Part shown: piece by piece, positions 61,033-64,000 of the stretch | How positions within the stretch are numbered: position 1 is the stretch's first letter | Layout of the letters: each line of letters begins with the position of its first letter | Virus record (IMG/VR): IMGVR_UViG_3300028103_000009 | Direction: 5' to 3' (one strand) | DNA from: a virus | Length of the DNA stretch: 64,000 nucleotides | The notes under the pieces: generated by a model | Seen by the model: the letters and a program-made list of their open reading frames with translations, nothing else | What the model was told of the DNA's origin: nothing | Databases searched by the model: none | Made by a program: the position numbers and the translations under genes

Positions 61033-61911
61033 ATGAGATTAGAAAGCTGTCAACTATTTGCTCGACTATGTGAATCTACTCTAGTAGAAGCTAGTAGCAC
61101 ATTAGACATGGTCAAAGGGCATCCAGGCGCACAACAGACTGTGCAGTATCTTCACACCAAGATGGGTCTATCACACGACCAACAATATCAACCAATACCT
61201 AAGATCCTTTGGAATGATCTTAAATCTAACTACAAAGGCACATGGGTATTGATCAAAGGAGCCACAGGCACGGGTGCTATCAAGTATGATGGTCGTTCAT
61301 ATACAGCAGTAGCTAGTGCAGGCGGCGAACCAGCAACAAAAACAGATGATCGTGGCGGAAACATATTAGATTTCCTAAAAGGACAGATCGGTAATCCTAA
61401 GAGTTATAAGTTCTTTACAGGTAAAGAGCAAGGCAAAGTCAAAGACGTACAACGCAAACGTCAAGAGCTACGTGGCACAAGCTCGCCTACAGAAATGAAT
61501 CAAGAAAAACTTTTGACAAAGTTTCGACCACTATGGGTTAAAGCAATGAACGCCGCCATAGCCGATGTCAAAGGACACGTAGCCAATCAAATCAAGAATG
61601 ATGCTTTTGAAAAAGCCAAACATAAACTAGAACACATACAACGATTACAGAATGGAATCGATGCTCTAGAAGTCGGAGGAGATACTCCTGGATTCTTAAA
61701 CACTGCCATAAACTCAGCAGTACTAATGGCCGCATCACATTACTATCCAGATGAAACTGGCGAAATCACACGCAGCAGATACGGCAGTGGTAGTTACAGT
61801 TCACAGTTTCCAGAAGGACCACAGAAACTATTAAAAGATATTTCATCTGGTGATACTAGCAAGATAGGAACGATATTGGCATTCTTTAAGAGGAGTTTGA
61901 TTTCAGGATGA
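61033..61911 (+). CDS. hypothetical late protein
   Basis: TAAATA-N4-ATG. Confidence 0.6.
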   Translation: MRLESCQLFARLCESTLVEASSTLDMVKGHPGAQQTVQYLHTKMGLSHDQQYQPIPKILWNDLKSNYKGTWVLIKGATGTGAIKYDGRSYTAVASAGGEPATKTDDRGGNILDFLKGQIGNPKSYKFFTGKEQGKVKDVQRKRQELRGTSSPTEMNQEKLLTKFRPLWVKAMNAAIADVKGHVANQIKNDAFEKAKHKLEHIQRLQNGIDALEVGGDTPGFLNTAINSAVLMAASHYYPDETGEITRSRYGSGSYSSQFPEGPQKLLKDISSGDTSKIGTILAFFKRSLISG

Positions 61912-63020
61912 AACTAAAACAAATATTCGAAGCCAATGTTGCTGCCAAGATCAAAGATCCCAAGATGATCAAGATGATCGGTATCGCTATGCGACACGAT
62001 CACACTATTCCAAAACATCTAATAGGCAAGCTAGGACCTAAGCCTACAGACGAACAGATCGTAAAGCTATGGAGCGATCTATTAGACCAGAGCCTAAGAG
62101 CCACAGACTACGGCGATGTTTCTGCCGACGGCAAGTTTGATGAATGGTTAACTCGTTTATATGTAAACGGACAACTAGATTATGAAGACGTCAACGGTGA
62201 AGGTGGAGATGCACTAGGTGCATGGAAAGCTCTAAGTATACGCGGTAGACTAAAAGAAAAAGATCAAGATTTTAACAGATTCAAAAGCCTAAGACAGATA
62301 CAGAACATCGTTCGTGATCGCGATTATCAAAACGAACTACGTAGAATCAAAGACGCAGAAGTCATTGAAAAACACAAGCGCGAAAAGAAAGAAATCACAC
62401 TGATCGACGATGATCGTTTCCTAGTAACTGTTCCTATGAACTATGGTTCATGTTATACATTCAACAACGAACACGGATACCAAGCAAGTTTCTGTACAGG
62501 ATCTAGCTCGGGACTTCAATGGTTTAATCGTTACGCCGATGACGGCCCTATCGTTAGTATCTTTGACAAACAAAACGCAGACGATGTCAACGGTAAGTGG
62601 CAGATGCATGCCCCAACTAACCAGTTGAACAACGGTAACCAGACTGTGCGCAGTGATGAAAGATTCTCTGAACTATTTCCTGGGTTGATGAAACGCATCG
62701 TTGCAGCTATTGAACAGAAAGGCGAAGAAATCAAATCTAACAGCACAGGTATAGTATCAGGTGGGTATGATATTGCACAGAGTGTTGCTGATATTAAACG
62801 CAGATTCCCATTATCATACGCCAGCGAAGCTCCTAAAGCCGACAAAGAAGAAGGCGACTCTAACGATGGTGAAGGTACCTGGTTAGTCACACATACTCAA
62901 ACAGGACGTACAGCACGTATCCCTGCAGAAAGCAGAGATGATGCACAACAAAAACTTCTAGCAAGACATCCAAATATTAACTTAGACGACTTCACGTTTG
63001 AACTACAACGAGAAGAGTAA
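61908..63020 (+). CDS. hypothetical protein
   Basis: MKLKQIFEA N-terminus; FCT...F.RY...P and KWQMH. Confidence 0.65.
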   Translation: MKLKQIFEANVAAKIKDPKMIKMIGIAMRHDHTIPKHLIGKLGPKPTDEQIVKLWSDLLDQSLRATDYGDVSADGKFDEWLTRLYVNGQLDYEDVNGEGGDALGAWKALSIRGRLKEKDQDFNRFKSLRQIQNIVRDRDYQNELRRIKDAEVIEKHKREKKEITLIDDDRFLVTVPMNYGSCYTFNNEHGYQASFCTGSSSGLQWFNRYADDGPIVSIFDKQNADDVNGKWQMHAPTNQLNNGNQTVRSDERFSELFPGLMKRIVAAIEQKGEEIKSNSTGIVSGGYDIAQSVADIKRRFPLSYASEAPKADKEEGDSNDGEGTWLVTHTQTGRTARIPAESRDDAQQKLLARHPNINLDDFTFELQREE

Positions 63021-63023
63021 GAA

Positions 63024-63120
63024 CACCCTACCTTAGGACGTTATGCGTTACAGGGTGGCCCGGCTGCTGGGCTGGAACGGAGTAGGAGTCGTGCCCGAGG
63101 ACCGTTCCTAAAGTGAGCAT
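63024..63120 (+). ncRNA. candidate structured RNA
   Basis: Three consecutive stems in a GC-rich intergenic island (see findings). Confidence 0.4.
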
Positions 63121-63168
63121 CATTCTCTTGTGCAGAGCCATAAATACTAGGCTTTTAAGGAGATATGA

Positions 63169-64000
63169 ATGAAGAAGCGTAACTACACACAAGACACAGT
63201 CCGTAAACTACAAGGCTCTGTGCAAATAGAGCATACACTAGCTAAACGTGGTGCCACAAAACTACGTGAGCTATTAGCGACAGAACCCTATGTCGCAACG
63301 CTAGGAGCATACAGCGGCCAACAGGCTGTTCAACATGCCAAAGCAGGACTAAAAGCGATTTATCTATCAGGTTGGCAAGTGGCTGCTGCTGCTAATACAG
63401 CTAATCAAGTATACCCAGACCAAAGTCTATACCCAGTAAATTCAGTACCAACGATTGTTAAACAGATTAACAATGCATTCCGTCGTGCTGATCAGATTGA
63501 ATATTCAGAAGGTAAAGTAGAAACAGATTACTTTCTACCAATCGTAGCAGATGCTGAAGCGGGATTCGGCGGAGCACTAAACGCATACGAACTAATGTCA
63601 GCGATGATCGAAGCAGGCGCAGCCGCAGTACATTTTGAAGATCAACTATCTAGCGAAAAGAAATGTGGGCACTTAGGCGGCAAGGTTCTAATCCCAACTA
63701 GCCAAGCTATTCGTAACTTACAGGCTGCAAGGTTAGCCGCAGATGTGGCAGGAGTTGACACAGTTATTCTAGCACGTACAGATGCAGAATCGGCAACACT
63801 TATCACTAGCAATCACGATCCATTGGACAAGGATTTTATTATCGATGAACGCACTGAAGAAGGTTTTTACAAGTTTAAAAATGGGCTTGATGCATGTATT
63901 AGGAGAGGTCTTGCTTATGCCCCTTACGCTGATCTCTTATGGTTCGAAACTAGTACACCTGATATTGCACAGGCTAAGAAATTCGCCGATGCTATACATG
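63169..64000 (+). CDS. aceA: isocitrate lyase, 5' part (runs off the window)
   Basis: [46 protein letters not shown] active site, ARTDA and YADLLWFET; AAGGAG RBS. Confidence 0.95.
   Translation, partial: MKKRNYTQDTVRKLQGSVQIEHTLAKRGATKLRELLATEPYVATLGAYSGQQAVQHAKAGLKAIYLSGWQVAAAANTANQVYPDQSLYPVNSVPTIVKQINNAFRRADQIEYSEGKVETDYFLPIVADAEAGFGGALNAYELMSAMIEAGAAAVHFEDQLSSEKKCGHLGGKVLIPTSQAIRNLQAARLAADVAGVDTVILARTDAESATLITSNHDPLDKDFIIDERTEEGFYKFKNGLDACIRRGLAYAPYADLLWFETSTPDIAQAKKFADAIH

Noticed and set aside
726-62890. Many antisense or overlapping ORFs in the track (e.g. 2954-3346, 6807-7166, 26010-26486, 39951-40520, 41155-41724, 52124-52537)
   Set aside because: They are shadows of well-supported genes on the opposite strand, with no RBS, promoter or motifs
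1-64000. Alternative genetic code (stop-codon reassignment)
   Set aside because: Conserved genes are full length in the standard code, TAA, TGA and TAG all occur as terminators, and no suppressor tRNA is seen
53594-64000. Host chromosomal contamination explaining clpP, hemA and aceA
   Set aside because: These genes are interleaved with phage-type late genes, share the same codon style and TAAATA elements, and lack their usual bacterial operon neighbours

Overview
The window is part of a large T4-like dsDNA phage genome (Caudoviricetes). The host is probably a Proteobacterium, which is inference only. From 1 to 31.5 kb the + strand carries packaging genes (gp4-like, small and large terminase) and replication/recombination genes (gp32, UvsX, UvsY, UvsW, primase, gp41 helicase and a 192-aa miniature DnaE). 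It also carries a 7.5-kb glycan-modification cluster and a carbamoyltransferase. About 32-48 kb is a GC-richer, mostly minus-strand early (host-takeover) region made of more than 20 promoter+RBS+short-gene cassettes, with several families of recurring non-coding motifs, a tRNA(CAT) and two DnaA boxes. From 48 to 64 kb are ligase, an HNH nuclease, ClpP, 5-aminolevulinate synthase, an exported nuclease, putative virion proteins and a truncated isocitrate lyase. The most unusual signals are regulatory: (i) two 3'-UTR stem-loops display the exact complement of the GGAGCG(AA) ribosome-binding site shared by the early cassettes; (ii) an 18-bp palindrome sits at a fixed distance upstream of several early promoters; (iii) two inverted GCGAAGC-hairpin elements bracket the early region; (iv) a TAAATA-N4-5-ATG architecture implies leaderless late mRNAs. 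All protein calls come from motif recognition by eye; no searches were run.
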